A stretch of DNA of 64,000 nt from Sphyrna mokarran (GCA_024679065.1 JAGIQG010000024.1:19158001-19222000); one strand, 5' to 3'. Shown: positions 12,601 through 27,600, counted from the first letter of the stretch. A program made the numbers and translations. Notes: a model not told the origin generated them from the sequence alone.

Positions 12601-15600
12601 GACTTCAATAGGGTCCCCTGTGCAAGGCTTATTGAGAAAGTGAGGGGGCATGGGATCCAAGGGACGTTGCTTGTGGATCCAGAACTGGTTTGCTCACAGA
12701 AGGCAAAGAATGGTTGTAGATGGGTCTGTTTCTGTATGGAGGTCAGTCACCAATGGAATGCCCCAGGGATCTGTTCTGTACCCTTGCTCTTTGTGATTTT
12801 TATAAATGACCTGGATGAGGAACTGGAAGGATGGGTTGGTAAGTTTGTCAATGACAAAGGTTGAAGGTGTTGTGGATAGTTTGGAGGGATGTCAGAAGGT
12901 ACAACGAGACATAGATAGGATGCAAGGCTGGGCGGAGAAGTGGCAGATGGACTTCAACTCAGGTAAATGTGTGGTGATTCATTTTGGCAGGTCAAACGGG
13001 ATAACGGAATATAATATTAAAGGATAAGACTCTTAGCAGTATGGAAGATCAGAAGGATCTTGGCGTCCGGGTTCATAGGATGCTCAAATCAGTTTCGCAG
13101 GTAGAAGATGTGGTTAAGAAGACATATGGTATACTGGCCTTCATCAATCGAGGAATTGAGTTTAGGAGTCAGGAAATAATGCTGCAGCTGTATAAGACCC
13201 TGGTCAGACCCCACTTGGAGTACTGTGCTCAGTTCTGGTTGCCGCATTACAGGATGTGGAAGCTATAGAAAGGGTGCACGTGAGATTTACAAGAATGTTG
13301 CCTGGATTAGGTGGCATGCCTCATGAGAATAGGTTGAGAGAGCTCGATCTTTTCTTCTTCGAGAGACGAAGGATGAGAGATTACCTGATAGAGTTGTATA
13401 AGATATTGAGAGGTATTGATCGAGTGGATTCTCAGAAGCTTTTTCCCACGACTGAAATGGCTGTCACAAGAGGACACAGGTTTAGGGTGCTGTGGTGTAG
13501 GTACAGAGGAGATGTCAGGGGTAAGTTTTTCACTCAGAGGACAGTGGATGTGTAGAATCGGCTGCCGGTGGTGGTGGTGGTGGAGGCAGATCCAATAGGG
13601 TCTTTTAAGAGACTTTTGGATAAGTATGTGGGACTTAGTAAGATTGAGGATTATTGGTAGGCCTAGTAGGTAGGAACATGTTCAGCGCAACTTGTGGGCC
13701 TAAGGGTTTGTTTGTGCTGTAGTTTTTCTATGTTGTAAAATACAGATACCAAGTGAATGCACTGACTCTATATATTGACAAGTCAGTTAAGTTTAAAATG
13801 AATCAAATCTTTATACTGCCTTTATACTTTTAAGGCAAAGGGAAAGGTAAGGAAATTAAGGCTAGACAATCCCTTTGAAATAGCAAGCACCAACAGATAC
13901 ACACTGGGTCAAATGGCCAGCTCTCGCACAGCAAATTTGGTTTTATTATAATTCAGTCAAGCTGCAACCAAAAAAAATTAAAGAAATGCACGTTACGATA
14001 AATTATACTTGAAATACCTCATGCAATGCCATTGTATTTCGCTGTAGGCTTGCAGACATGAAGTGTGTAAAAATATATCTGGGTGAAATAGTTTAATTAG
14101 ATCATGCAGCAAGGAGGAAATTGACTAGATTTTAAGAGTGAAAAAATTAATTTTCAAATACGGTGTCATTTAAATTGTACAAAAGGGAGACAAGCCTTTC
14201 TTTTGCTTATCATTCTATACATTATGTACAATAGTAAAGATGGGTGTTTTAATCACTGAACTAAAACAGTTTAAACCTGATGAAACAAAGTGTTTTAAAG
14301 AAAACAGAAAATGTTTTGATTTCTTACCTTTAATTCTTTGCGGTTCCTCAGTGGAGATCTTCACTCTCTCCTCTGCTTCCTGTGGAGTTTTTGAAAAACT
14401 CAATCTTTTTTCACCCTTGGTTACTGGTTCAGCCTCTGTTGAGGTAGACAATTCACCCACAGGAACTGTGTGCCCATTCTTTAGTGTACTGTTTTGGGCA
14501 GGTTTGCTGTTAATTTCCCCATCTGAAGAATGGAAGAAATAGAAGTTTGGTAAGTTTTTGACTGAGTAGTAGATAGGGACAAACTGTTTCCTGTGCAAAC
14601 ACAGTCAATAACCAGGGAACTTTAAGGTAATTGGCAAAAGAACCAAAGATAAGATGAGCAGAATTTTCTTTATATGGCAGTTTTCAACTTGGAATGCACG
14701 GTCAAAAGGGACTGATGGAAGCAGATTCCTTGGTAATTTGGAAACAAAAATTGAATATATACATGAGAAGTGTAAATTTGCAGGGCCATGGGCAAAGAGA
14801 GGAGTGATTAATTAGGCAACTCTTTCAAAGGGCACCACGGGCAAAATGGGCTGAATAGTCTTACTTGTACATCCTTTTAAAGGCAATCAGTGGCACTGCT
14901 TAATACCATCTCAATCTGCAAACTAGTAATGCAAACCTAAGTGAGAGTTGGAACATGTAAGAAAATTATTTTGTTACCAATCTGTGCACTCAAAATCACT
15001 GCTCATGCAGTATGACAAGAATTCCTGTGTGGTAAGCACTTGCTAAACAGACATTGCAGATAATTTGTTTACACCCACTTATCAGCTCCCTTCTGTGCCT
15101 TACATTTTGCAATGTCTTTATCTTTCTATAATCTGCTTAGAGCCATTGTTAACTGTTTGGGCAGTCTCCACTGTAACAGTGCTCATCATCTTTTCCAGTC
15201 ACACTGCATTCTGCTCATACCTTTGTGCTTTAGCCTATCACACCACTGACTCTTTGAAGGCTTGAAACAATTTCTTTAAAATGTTCCAAGACCCTCTCAG
15301 CAGATTACTTTGAAATTCTTTACGTTCTTTTTGGCATCAAGAAGCCATGGATCAATGATTTCTCCTTGGCTTTAACAGTGGAGGAGCTGGTATTGCAAAC
15401 AGGATCTGATCAGCACCCACATCCTCAGAATGGTCACTCAGTCGAGTGAGAGACTCAGCCTGCATTCGATCACTGATGCACCTATTTTGATAACCTAAAG
15501 CTTGGAGACCAACATGCATCTAAGTTTGTCTAGTTGGACATGTTTCTCAGGCTACTACCACGTGACTATCCTTCTCCACCCACAAGCTCCCACTATGTTG

Positions 15601-18600
15601 ACCTGTACAGTGTTCCACCCTCTACGGTCAAATGGAAAGCATACAGACTTTTAATCATACTGATTGGATTATTGCTAGTCAAACACCCTTCTTCACCTCT
15701 AAAATATATGTAACTAATAAAACGAATGACAGAAGTCATTTTGCTTTTAACATTCCCTACAATCTTACTCCAGGGTTACTGAAAGCAATGGGCAGGAGAT
15801 CAATCTTCTAATGCCAGAGACTCCAAGACATTTCTGAAGAGTTGACAATCATATTTGAATCAGAAAGTAATGCACGAAATTAATGCAAAGTTGACAATAA
15901 TTATTATTTGCAGCAAGAATTAAAAGGATTCTTTTTAATCCTTTAAAAGAATAAAGGTTTTATTCTTTGGTAAGAATAAAACCCATCTGCATTTCATTTA
16001 CGAAGTGTGTGGAGGGGGAGATGGGAGCATTTATCCCTCTCCAGCTGATTTTCTGCCTTTCATCTGTCCGCAGGAATTTCCAGGACATTCGTCAACTGCT
16101 GAGTCTCTTCCTCTTCCCTTTTGCTTGAACCCTCTTCAGCTGGTCACTACAAATTCTATTTCAATGGGGTACAATTATCTAGCTCTTTTAAAGGTAGAAA
16201 ACATCCCAAAGCACTGCACTGTGGCACAATTAAAAGAAAAACTCAAATGAACAATCAGAAGGGACAAAGTAGTCTTATCGCAGTTGTGGAGAGCTTCGGT
16301 GAGACCTCCAAGGTATTTGGTCACTATCTCTAAATAAGGATACATTTTCCATAGAGGTTGTGCATCAGAGTTTCACCATATTAATCCATGGGATGGTGCG
16401 ATTGCTTAATGAGGAGGGTTAGGGGAGGCTGGGTCGGGATTTCCTTAAGTTTTGAAGAATGAGCCATGACCACTGAAATTTTGAAAATCCTTAAGCGTGC
16501 AATGGAGTGGATGTGATATGATGTTCCCCCTGTTTGGTGAATTGAAAACAAGGAGACAAATCTCAGGATAAGGGGTTTGCCATTTAAGACAGAGCTAAAG
16601 AGAACGTGGTGAATCTTCGGAACATACTATCTGGGCTGTGGAAGCTTAGGCATTCAGCATGTTCAAACTCAAAATTGATAGATTTCTGGAGATGAATGAC
16701 ATCAAGCAATACGGAGTTAGCTTGGGGAAGTGATCTGGAGGTAGATGATCAAGCATAATCCAATATAACGATGGAGCAGGCTCAATAGGCCAAATGGCTA
16801 TTCCTGTTTCTACGTTACTAAAATATTTTCCAGCACAGAAACCCCTATAGCTCATCTTGGCTGCCATGGTTATGAAATTATCCACTTTGTCCCATATTTC
16901 TACTGCATTTTTCTTAAATTTTCATTTTTAACTATTTATTTCCTTTTTAAAATCAGTTATGGATTTTGCTCCCAACACTACTTCTGCATGGACAATCCAT
17001 CTGCAATAGAACTTTCTGCATGAAGAAATTTTTCCCAAACTCTGTTTTATCAATTTGAAAATCTTACAATGAACAAAGAAAATTACAGCACAGGAATAGG
17101 CCCTTCAGCCCTTCAAGCCTGCATGGTCATGCTGCCCGTCTGAACTGCCCTTCCAGGGACCGTATTGCTCTATTCCTATTGCATTCATTATTTGTCAAAA
17201 TGCCCCTTAAAAGTCACTACCATATCTGCTTCCACTACCTCCCCCAGCAGTGAATTCCAGGCACACATCACCATCTGTGTAAAAAAAAATTGCCTCGTAC
17301 ATCTCCTTTAAATCTTGCCCTCGCACCCTAAACCAATATCCCGCAGTAACTGACTCTTCCACCCTTAGAAAAATGTGATACTTTCAAGTTACTGAATCTC
17401 CAACCAGCAAAAATCTCAAAAAACTTTCATTTTTCTGACTAGTGAACTCTGAACATGTATCAGTTCCAAGTGCAACTCTATTTCTCCTCCTTCTCTTAAA
17501 ACTTCTTCACTAGTATTACAGCAACTCATTTCTTAAACAGTATTTCTCAAAATTCATAACCATCACCATTTGGAAGGACAAGAGCAGCAGGTACATAGGA
17601 GTACCATCACCTCTAGTCACAGCATTGTGACCTGGGGCAAATATTGCTGCTGCATTTTCATTTGTTCAAAAATCCTTCAACTCTAAGAGCACTGTAGGGG
17701 AACACCTTCATTGCATCAATTGCAGAGGCTCAAGACAGTGGTTCGCCACCACCTTCTTGGTGCAACCAGGGAAAGGCAATAAATGCCAGAAATCCTGAGA
17801 ATGTATATTTTTTAAATTCTGAGAGCCTTTGAACCATTACCAGTTTGTCAGCATATAATATGAAAGAATGGCTTTTATCATTGGCATTAGGGACTGCTGG
17901 CATTAAGCCAATCAGATCATTTCAACAGGTGGAACTAGAGCTCAGGAGAAAGAATATGTTGCCAAATAGGACTGGAAATATATTATTTTGCAAGTGTACT
18001 GAACGCAAACTTGAAGAAGAAAAGAGTTATAGCGTGTTGGCTTCGGAATCTAATCACACATTTATAGAATGTTGTAGCCCACGATTTGGCCCATACCGCT
18101 TGTGTTGGTTCTTTGATCTATCCTTTTGAATTATTTATCCAAATCCCTTTAGAAATATTTTTGAAACTTCGTTAACCTCTCAGGCAATGCATTCCAAGTC
18201 ATTATAACCTTTGTGTAAAAAAAACAAAAATATTCATCTCCCTCTGGTTCAGTTACCAACTACTTTAACTCTTTTTAAATTACTGACCCTCCAGCAAACA
18301 GTTTGCCCTCTTCCCTCTACCAAAACACTTTGCTGTTCCTTCACTGATGCCAAGTCAAAATCCTGAGATTCCTCCCAAACAGCTGTGTGTGTGTGTGTCT
18401 GTGTACCTACAGCTCAGGGACTGCTATGGTTCAAGGCACCAACTTACGACCACCTTCTCAAGGGCAATTAGGGATGGGCAATAAATGCTGGCCTGCAGTG
18501 GTGCACACATCCTGCAAATGAAAACAGAAGGTTTACTCTGTTTTTGCACCCAAATGCTACATATTACAATTGGTAAAATGCAAGAAGTAAAATCATAATT

Positions 18601-21600
18601 TCCTCAAAAGAAACTCCTAGGGCATGCCAGGTCATTGCCTTGGGTGAAAATTTACTCATTCAAAATTCTATTTGGTAACGTTTTATTTTATAAAATAAAG
18701 GTGGCTATTCCCTGTTATGAATACATTAGTTGGCTTTACATAACAATAGCTTTATACAGCATGTTTAATGCACAAAATGTGCTAAGGCACTTCACAGGAC
18801 CACTAGTGGATGGAAGGAGGGTTCACTAACAAGCCTCTACAGTGGCTAAAATCATGATGACGTCTGCTATGTTTAATGACTGCAAGAATGGGGTAATACA
18901 TAGATTTTGCTGTAAATGTGATGGCGCATTGCATCAAAATATCCGGATTACTGAGGCTTTTGGACAAGTAGATAAAGTTATCATTGGCAGAAGGATTGAG
19001 AATCAGAGGACACCAATTTAAGCTGTTTCGCAAAAGAAACAATGACATTATAGGAAAATTTTTTTAACAAAAACACAGCAAGTGGCTAGGATCCAGAGTG
19101 CACTGACTGAGAGTATGTATGGTGGAGGCAGGTTTCGCAAGGGAAACAGATAAACACCTGAAGAGAAAAAATTGCAACGCTGCAGGGAAAGGGTAGATGA
19201 GTGGATTGAGTTTGTCTCCTAGGGAACTTGCATTGACAAGATAGGATGAATGGTCCCTTTCTATGTTATAACTATCATTAGATTCTAGATTGTCATGGTA
19301 CAAATGACTTCAGAAGCTTAATTACTTAAAAGATCTTCTCACTCACAATGAAAGCAACATGAGACTTATCAACTACAAAGTCAACATTTCCATGACCAGT
19401 TTGAAACAGGGTTGCCAATTCTAGCTGACAGTTTCAAAGCCTTCAACAATTAAAGAATATCACAGAAGCTTACAATATAGGTGATGGTAATTTAGCCATT
19501 CACACTCATGACAGCTTTTTGAAAAGCTATCCAATTAGTCCTACTATGTATCTCTGCAAATATTTCCTTTTCAATATTATAGATACTTTTTTCTTTGAAG
19601 GTTACTGTTGAATCTGTTGTCGCCATCCTCTCAGGCATTCCAGATTATATCACATAGTACAGAGATCAGCCATTTAGCCTAACTGGTTGAGTATTTATGC
19701 TTCACATGAACCTCCTCCTGCCCTAACTCATTGAACCGCATCAACGAATCTTTCTATTCTTTCTTTCTTCATGTACAAATCCAACTTTCTCCTTAATGCA
19801 TCCATGCTATCTGCCTTAAACACACTGTGGCAACAATTTCCATATTCTAGTTACTTATTGGTTAAAGAAGTTTCTCCTGAACTCCTTACAAGCCAAGCTG
19901 ACACTGTGGAATCTGTCACAGGAGAACACGTCACACCAAGTCACTTGCTCACTCTATATTTAACTTTACTTACCAGCTGATCTGCAGCATTCACAGTTCT
20001 AGCCGTGAAGTGTGAAAGCCTCAGCAGATTTGTTAAAGGAACTGCTACTACTGTTGTCACCAGGCTTCAATCTATTAACACCGAAACATTATAGGTGCTT
20101 ACGTTTAAATAAAAAGAAAAATCATACTACCCTATGGGGCTGTAGTTTTCATTTGTTGCTACCAACTTATTGGTGCCACTGACAGGCTTGTGTCCATGTG
20201 AACTTCATCCTGATGCTGTGCGGCTCCAAATGCTTTATCATAGAATCCCTACCGTGTAGAAGGCAACAATTTGGCCCATTGGGTCCGCACTGACTCCCTG
20301 ACAGAAAAGCTCACCCAGGCCCTCTTCCCCCATTCTATCCCCGTAACACCACATATTTACTCTGCTAATCTATACACCTTGATGTACTAAAGGACAATTT
20401 ACCATGGCCAATCGACTTTGTCCAGACACAAATCAAATAAAAAACTGGGTACTTTTCACAGATAAAGTGACAATCGTCATGGAAGTTTCACAATTCCGAA
20501 GTTATGACTAAAGAAATCCCAATGACAATATACATTGCTATACAAAGGCTAATCAATCACAGAATTTGAGTGGGAGAGAACCCAAGTTCATTACTTGATT
20601 GGACTGTATTTGTCAATTCCAAATATAGCAAACCTCTCTTAATTCTGTGCACATCATACTTGCCTTGTTCAGGAATTTCTTTCAACACTCCCTTCTTAAC
20701 CAGTTCAGCTCTGCTCTGTCTCACAGACAACTTCCTGTCCAAAACTGGAATTATAAAAATATGTCCATGAACAGACTTTCAGATAAATTTTCTCCAAAGC
20801 CCCCTTAAGTGACATTATAAAATACACTTTAAAAACTCAAACAGGGCACTGGGACAAATCATTTTTAAAAATTCTTAGGGCATAGAATACCCTCTAGAAA
20901 TAGCGCTGGAAGTATAATCTATCACAGCTTTTGTAAGCAATAAAAATTCAAGTGATATAAGAAAAGGGGATTAAATGGAGTGCTCCTTCTAAGAGTCTAC
21001 ATAGACACAATGGAATAAGTGGCCTCATGCCATGTTAGAATCCAGCGATTATCAACGTAAGCAGATCTTAAAGGTGGCACAGTCACACAGTGGTTAGCAC
21101 TGTTGTGTCACAGCGCCAGTGACCTGGGTTCGATTCTTGGCTTGGGTCATTTCTGTGTGGAGTGTGCACATTCTCCTCGTGTCTGTGTGGGTTTCCTCTG
21201 GGTGCTCTGGTTTCCTCCTACAGTCCAAAGATGTGAGGGTTAGGTTGATTGGCCATGCTAAAATTGCTCCTTAGTGTTCTGAGATGCAGAGGCTAGAGGG
21301 ATTAGTGGGTAAAGGTATGGGGATGTGGGAGTAGGGTCTAGGTGGGATCGTGGTCAGTACAGACTCGATGGGCCAGATGGCCTTTTTCTGCACTATAGCG
21401 TTTCTATGCTTTCTATGATTTGCTTACCTTCAATGTAACAAGGCATTCAAGGCTTTAGGCAGACTTTGCTCATGCTTAGCAAAAAAGATCAAGCAGTGTT
21501 TCTGCCTGGTTTCGAAACTGAGCCTTTTCACGTGCCAAGCGAACACGTTAGCCACCACACTAGAGAGACATTGATTATATAATAGGTTTGGTAAAGTGTT

Positions 21601-24600
21601 AAGTACTTTCAAAACTAAAACAAGGTGCTTCACAACATTATCACAGGACTTGCTTGGCAGACAGGAAGAGAACAATCACTTTAACCAAAAGACTTCAACT
21701 AATATCCTTCTTGTATGAAACAAAAACAGAAAATACGAGGTACTCAGGAGGTCAGGAAGTTGAAAAAGTGCTGGACAGTGTGCATATCAGATATAACACC
21801 TTTCAGAACTGAAAATGGTGTTCTCTGCCTGGTGAGTACTTCCTTTGTGTTTCGTGTTTTCAGCCAAAAGCATCTGGAATATTTAATTTTTATTTGTAAA
21901 TATTCTTTGCCTTTCATCTTCTAGCACCATCGCTGCAGTACTTCACTAGTTTTAAAATACACAGATCAAAATGCTCTGCAAAACAATTAATTCAAATCCC
22001 ACAGCTATGTTGTTGGATGTTTTCCATGATTCTGAAGAACAAGGCACGGAAACTTGACATGCTCACTATTAAACTGTAGAGATTCTTGAGACAAATATGC
22101 TGCCTGAAATAATTTAGCGTCTTCAGGGAATTTAAGAATTTATGATGAGTTTGAAAAGAGCTCCAGACAGATGGAAGAGATGGAAAGGAAACCGGACAGG
22201 GTCACGCTTCAGAGCTGTATCAAGAATTAAAGGATATTTCAATTGTTGGGAAAGCAAGCAGGACATGGCCTAAAGACAACCAGGAGTTTTTCACACTTGG
22301 AGATAAGGGTGGAGGGGCATGAAGGGTATTTAAGGAGTTGGTTGGTACTCTAGAAAAGTAGTCTGGAGTTAATTCAAATGTGTGTGGCTTTGGTAAATGG
22401 CGAAGCCTGAGAGCGAGGCATGACAAGAGTCTGTTCTGAGGACAGATGACTAATCCAGAGATTTGCCACAGGTACACAAATCTAAGTTGCATGTACTTGG
22501 GTTAGTATGACAGACATCAAAGGCATTATTGAATCTGGGATTCAAAATTACATGTGTACATACATATCTATGAATTAGGAGCAGGAGCCAGCCACCCAAT
22601 CTACTCTGCCATTCAATAAGATCATAGCTGGTCTGAATGTAACCTCAACTCCAAATTCCAGCCCATCCTTGCTAACCTTTCAGCTTTCTTGTTAATCAAG
22701 AAACTAGGTCGCTCTGCCTTTGGAGGAAGAGTGCCAGAGACCCATACTCTTCAGAGAAAAACATTCTTATCCCCATTTAAATGAGTGACCTCATATTTTT
22801 AAATAGTGACCCCTTGTTCTTGATTCTCCAACAAGAGAAAACACCCTCTCCAAATTCACCCTGTCAATATCACTCAGGGTCTTAAAGGACTCGCTCAAGT
22901 TGCCTCTTCTCAACTCTAGGGGATGCAAACCCAAACTCATCTTTCCTCATAAGAAACCCTGGCCATTCCTGATATTATTCAAGCAAACCTTTCCTGATCT
23001 GTTTCTAATGCATTTACTTTCTTCCTTAAATGAAACCAATACTGCACACAAAATTCCAGATGTGGTCTCACCAATACCTTGTACAACTGAAGAATAACCT
23101 CCCTACTTTTTAAATCCTCTTGCAATAAACAATAGTATTCTATTAATTTTCTTTTACTTGCTGTACCTGTATGCTAGCCCTCTGTGGTTCATGCACTAAG
23201 ACATCCAGATCTCTCTGCACCTCAGAACTCTACAATTTCTCACCATTTAAATAAGCTTTTTGTTCTTCCTGCCAAAATGTATAATTTAACTTTTGCCTGT
23301 ATTACACTCCATTTGCTAGGTGCTTGCCCACTCGTGTAATCATGTCCTTTACCTATTTTTGCATCATTAGCAAATTTGGCAACCATATCTTTCATCCTTT
23401 TATCCAAGTCACTTATGTAAATTGAGTGGTATGCCACTGTACGACTCCTGTGGTACACTGCTCCTTGTACCCTGTCAACCAGGAAGACAACCATTTATGC
23501 CAACTGTTTCTGTTAGCATGCCAATCTTCAATCTATGCCAGTGTTATCCCCTACAGCATGAACTTCTATTTTCCGCAATAACCTTTAACGTGGCAACATA
23601 GCAAATGCCTTTTGGAAATTTAAATACAATACATTCTAATTATTTTCACTGGTTCTCCTTTATCCACATGACATGTGATTCTTTTTAAGAACTTCAGTAA
23701 ATTGGTTGAACATGACTTCCCTTTCACAAAACCATGTTGACTCTGCTCAATGGGCTTGAATTTTTCCAAGTGCCTTGCCATAACATATTTAATAACGGCT
23801 TCAAGGGTTTTTTTTAATGACAGATGTTAAGCTAACTGGCGTGTAGTTTCCTGCTTTCTGTCTCCCTTTTTCATAGGATCATGAGCCTTGGGAGTCCCTG
23901 GGAAGTGTGTAAATAGTGGATGATATTGATGTATTTGTTTTTATCCTACAGGTACTTTGGTCTGCCTTGTTGTCTAACAAGGGGCATACATGCGATGGGT
24001 CGTGAGAGGGCTGCTCTTGGATTTTTTTGAGAGTATCCTAGTGCTTCATGTCATTAGTGTACGCTTGATCTGGACCATTTGATGGGAAACACGACAGTTC
24101 AGTGACTATCGCTGTGCTGTGCGGATACATGGATTTGGGCCTGTATCTGTGGGAGTTTGCGCATTCTCCCTGTGCTTGCATGGGTTTACTCCAGGTGATC
24201 CGGTTTCCTCCCACATACCAAAAATGTGCTCTTAGGCTAATTGGCAGAACAAATTCTCCTTAAATTGTCTCAAATTTGGTTTCAATCCATAGATCTATAA
24301 ACGTAGACAGGTAGAAGTGGGAACATCGAGGTGAAGGTGCGGGCTCATTGGGCCTGTTTCTGGTGCTGTTTTGTTCCTTGTTCAAATATAGGTGTTAAAT
24401 TTGCTATCTCCTAATCTAGCGAATTCCTTAGATTCAAATATAAGGAATTTTGAAAACTAAAACTAATGCATTAACTCTCATTAGTCATTTTTTTCAAGAG
24501 GCTGAAGTCCAACTGGACCCATGGATACATCAGCCCACAATCCCTACAATTTGCTCAATACCACTTCTCTTCTCTGGTGATTCTAATTTTCTTGAGTTCA

Positions 24601-27600
24601 TTCCTCTCTTCCATTTCCTGATTTAGTTATTTTTAGAATGTTACTTGTGTTCTCTAGAGCGAAGACCAATGCTAAATACCTATTTAATTCCATAGCACCA
24701 CTAATCATCAATTCTCCAAATGCACCTTCTACAGACCAACGTTCAGTGTGTCAACTCTTTTCTTATTTAACTGTCTATAAAACCTCTTACTATCAGATTT
24801 TATATTAGTAGCCAGCTGAAAGCCAGCTCCCCACCTCTTCCTTAGATTTACTCAAAGTCCAGACATCTACCACACTCTGCAGTAGTGAATTCCACATTCA
24901 CAACCCTTTGAGAGAAGTAATTTTAGGCTCTCCTCTTGCTATTCTTCCTCTCTCATCGGAATGTATCTATTCTGTATATTCTGAAATGCCCCTTTAAATG
25001 ACTGCCACTGAACCTCCATTGACCTACCTTCTAAGCACATTTACCATGTTACTTTAGCTGGCTCTGCTTTCATGTCCCCATAATTGCCCTTATTTAAATT
25101 TGAATACTGCCATACCTTTCTGACAAGCCCCCATTATCTCTTCTTTTCTACTCTGCCCTACCATGTAGTTACAATTAGAATGCCTGTACGCCACTCCCAC
25201 AAGTGAATTCTTGCTTTTATAATTTCTCATTTCAATCAAAATCGATTTCAGTTTCCTGAACTTAGATCATCCCTTTCTAATGTGCTAATACCATCATTAA
25301 TTTCCATCTTTTCTCAATCTCTTGTGTTTCTTAAATGTCACATACCCTTCAACATTAAAGGTCCTAATCTATTTCATCCTGTCATCTTGTCTCTGTAATG
25401 TCTATCAGGTCATACTTATTCATTTCTTTTTGCACTATCATCTGTTCTGCTTCGGATGCTTTGTGCGTTTATATACAGCGTCTTTTAATTTAACTATTTT
25501 TGTGGCATCTAGCCTTACTTCAGATTTACTCAGAGATGTACTCTTTTCCTCTTCCTACCACAGTTTGTTCATCATTTACCATATTAGTACCTTTCTTACA
25601 CATTTTGGTCCTACAGTTTGGCATACATCTTCCCACGTTTGATTCCTTGCTCCCACTATTCAGTTTAAACCTCTCTTTGCTTCCCTAGTTATTGGCTTGC
25701 TAGAACGTCAGTTGTTGACCATCTCAATGGTACAGATTCCACTTTGCCCAGTAATGGTGCAGTGCCCTACAATCGGAACTCGCTTTCCGCACACCAGTGT
25801 TTGAGCCACACATTCATTTTTCTAATCTTGTTTGTTCTATGCAAATTTGCACATGGCTTAATTCTTACCTTTGAGGTTTTGCTTCTTAATTTGATGTCTC
25901 CACTCCTTGTACTGACGATACCTCTTTCTTCATCCTACCTATATGGACGATGATCACTGGATCCTCCTCCTCCCAACTCAAGTTCCCCCTCTGCAGACGT
26001 CCTGAATCCTGGCACCAGATAGGAAATGCTGGCGTTGGACTGAGGTAAACACAGTAAGAAGTCTGGTAATACCAGGTTTAAGTCCAACCAATTTATTTGA
26101 TAGTAACCTCATAAGCTTTCGGGGTTTGTCCCTTCATCAGGTGAATGGAGAGTTCTGGCCTCAGACAGAGCATATAATAGCACAGAGTATTATATGCTCT
26201 GTCTGAGGCCAGAACTCTCCACTCACCTGACAAAGGGATAAACCCCGAAAGCTTGTGAGGTTACTATCAAATAAACTGGTTGGACTTAAACCTGAAGTTG
26301 TCAGACTTCTTACCAAATAGGCAACACGGTTACCTGGACTCGCTCCTTGAACAGAGAACAGTGTCAATCCCCCTCATTATATTGTCTCCTATCACCACTA
26401 AGTTCTAACGTGTTCCCCTCACTTGAAAAACTGCCTTATCACCTTGTCAAGCGCAGCCAGCTCATCCAACCTGTAGCCCCCACTCTTATCCAAACAAGCT
26501 GAAAGAACATCAAACCTGCTCGACAACTGCAGAGGCTGACACTTATCCTGTGGGACCCTTTGCCTACCTCAACTATAGTCGCATCCTTTTGTCCCTGACC
26601 ACTTTGCAAACCAGTAGACCCTATCTTAAGGGTTGTAATCATCTCCTGAAACAAAATGTCCAGATGACTCTTTCCCTCTCTCTGCTACTCAGCCTCCAGC
26701 TCAATGACATTCCTTCAAAGTTCCTCAAACTGCAAACCCTCATTTCACAATGTTATCCAGGAACTCTCATATGTTGCAACCTTGACGTATCACCTGCCTG
26801 CCATCCTTTGTGTTTTAAATAACTATTTAATTAAATTATCTACTTACTTATGGTGCATTTTAACTTTACCACCAAGTTCTGTTTTAAACTTTACAGATAA
26901 AGTAGAATTTACCCACTTATCAGATTCTCGCCAAACAACAAACAAAGAAATGACTCAAATGGCACTAAATCCCTCAGATCAGACAGCTTCATACTGGGAT
27001 TTTAATAATACAAGAGAACATTGCAGATACCTAAACTATAATCCTCCAAAGTTCTTTCAATTTGGAGCAATTCATTTAGATTGGAAATTTGCACGTCACT
27101 CAGTTAATTATAAAGGTGATAGAGGGAAATCGTAGGATGAAAGACCAGCTAGCCTGTCATTAATTTCCTGACGATTAGAGTCTATTATTAAGGATAGGAT
27201 GACTGAATCTGTTGAGAAGTTTCAGTAGATCAGGCAGTCAACAGGGATCTGTAAATGACTAATTTTCTTTTAAGAGACAATTGAAGAACAGATAGGGGAG
27301 CGTCTACGAATCTTTCTTGTATGGTTCTCCAGAAGGCACTTGATAAAAATGCTTCAGAAGAGACTGTTGCTGAAGTTGAAACTCATGAAATTGGTACCAA
27401 ATCATTGACTTTGTTAGAAGTTGGTTGAATAGAGCATCCAAAAGGGGGGATATTGGAGAGCAGAAGTTAAGAATAACCGAAAGATACCATCTTAAATCAA
27501 ATACTTAATTACTGTAAAGACATTAGTGCATATTATCATGCATGTTGAGGCTCAAATGTTGTCACTGTTAAACAACTGGACGGAGGGAATTATAAACTTT

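Larger units (their letters stand above)
22570..27000 (-). mobile_element. Long decayed CR1 (tail through ORF1), interrupted by younger inserts
   Basis: Tail at about 22570, RT words (AKFANDAKI), ORF1 esterase remnant cctggcacc...ggcaacac at about 26008-26328; interrupted at 23874-24383 and 26024-26313. Confidence 0.65.

Noticed and set aside
21073-21145. tRNA genes at SINE heads
   Set aside because: A/B boxes run straight into the V-domain and LINE-like tails; no intact cloverleaf or terminator.
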